Shown here in pieces: positions 54,615 through 55,264 of a DNA stretch of 55,264 nucleotides. The stretch lies in assembly GCA_964530955.1 (NCBI GenBank), contig CAZHCL010000004.1:1-55264 (forward strand). The letters run 5' to 3'. Position numbers and translations under genes: made by a program. The number at the start of each line of letters is the position of its first letter. Positions within the stretch are counted from its first letter, which is position 1. The notes under the pieces were generated by a model. The model did not search any database. It was given only the letters and a program-made list of their open reading frames with translations, and was not told where the DNA came from. This stretch comes from Candidatus Woesearchaeota archaeon (GTDB taxonomy: Archaea > Nanobdellota > Nanobdellia > Pacearchaeales > GW2011-AR1).

Positions 54615-55264
54615 ATGGATAATGAATTTGAAAATAGCCAAAGCGACGCTAATTTAGCTCCCGCCGTTGAAGAAAAAAAAGTAAAGATAGCCAAGGTAGG
54701 ACAGGAGCAGATACATTCCCTGTTGTTTGGAGAAAAATTAAGCTGGCATGAAATTATATATGATTTGATAAATACGGAGCAACTTGACCCTTGGGATATA
54801 GACATAAGTCTTCTTGCAAATAAGTATTTAGAAAGAGTAAAACTTCTTGAAGAAGCAGACTTCTTTGTTTCAAGTAAAGTCCTTCTCGCAGCAGCTCTGC
54901 TTCTAAGAATGAAATCAGAAATCCTCCTCGATCACGAACTTCCTAATTTAGATGCAGTTCTATTTGGAAAGAAAGAGGAAAAGAAATATTCTCAGGAAAG
55001 AATAGAGCTTGATGAAGATGTTCCTTCATTGGTTGCAAGAACTCCTCTACCAAGATTCAGAAAAGTAACTCTTGAAGAACTTATGAATGCGCTCAATAAA
55101 GCAATAGTAACTGAAAATAGACGTATTAAAAAGATAGTTCTTGCAAAACAGCAGGAGTTTGAAACTGCTTTGTTCATGCCGAAACAAGGCATAAACCTTA
55201 AGGATAAGATAAAAGAAGTCCATGAGAAGCTTGAAAAGATATTCGCTACAAGAGAAACAAGAGT
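54615..55264 (+). CDS. scpA: Segregation and condensation protein A (SMC kleisin), 3' truncated by the window edge
   Basis: Not in the track. ...LDPWDIDISLLANKYLERVKLLEEADFFVSSKVLLAAALLLRMKSEIL... RKVTLEELMNAL. Confidence 0.9.
   Translation, partial: MDNEFENSQSDANLAPAVEEKKVKIAKVGQEQIHSLLFGEKLSWHEIIYDLINTEQLDPWDIDISLLANKYLERVKLLEEADFFVSSKVLLAAALLLRMKSEILLDHELPNLDAVLFGKKEEKKYSQERIELDEDVPSLVARTPLPRFRKVTLEELMNALNKAIVTENRRIKKIVLAKQQEFETALFMPKQGINLKDKIKEVHEKLEKIFATRETR

Noticed and set aside
54180-54805. ORFs 54245-54457 and 54530-54805
   Set aside because: The first has a TTG start and implausible composition (possible decayed gene). The second is antisense to scpA and its promoter.

Overview
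A 55.3 kb, AT-rich, gene-dense chromosomal segment from a small-genome archaeon. It is most consistent with DPANN, Pacearchaeota/Woesearchaeota-like (inference). Support: a tRNA-Tyr with C1:G72/A73 and a bulge-helix-bulge intron, TrmB and AbrB-PhoU regulators, a COG1361 S-layer-domain protein, archaeal-type PRPP synthetase and PGK, and TATA-like boxes about 20-30 nt before many start codons, mixed with bacterial-type enzymes (class I GAPDH, Tgt, ApbE, EmrAB-like). The left end (1-4 kb) looks like the edge of an integrated or defence island: ParB-domain gene, HEPN-motif gene, Dam-like MTase, integrase remnant and a 16-nt direct repeat. The rest holds fermentative and sugar-scavenging metabolism (two transketolase systems, glycerate kinase, FAD oxidoreductase, gap, pgk, PfkB, D-2-hydroxyacid dehydrogenase, prs), two paralogous DUF3494 ice-binding-type surface proteins, cold/RNA chaperones, many orphans and a partial scpA. 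No CRISPR array, rRNA or intact transposase was seen. The top leads are: (1) an unannotated ~225-nt, 44% GC, pseudoknot-capable RNA with its own TATA box, directly upstream of a 50-aa K/R-rich peptide; (2) a tRNA-Tyr whose 82-nt intron looks like two or three tandem introns at the same 37/38 junction; (3) a translationally coupled ApbE + ferric-reductase + small membrane-anchored 'TRAS'-tail operon that may be an archaeal extracytosolic flavinylation electron-transfer system. All family calls come from motif recognition by eye; no database search was run.
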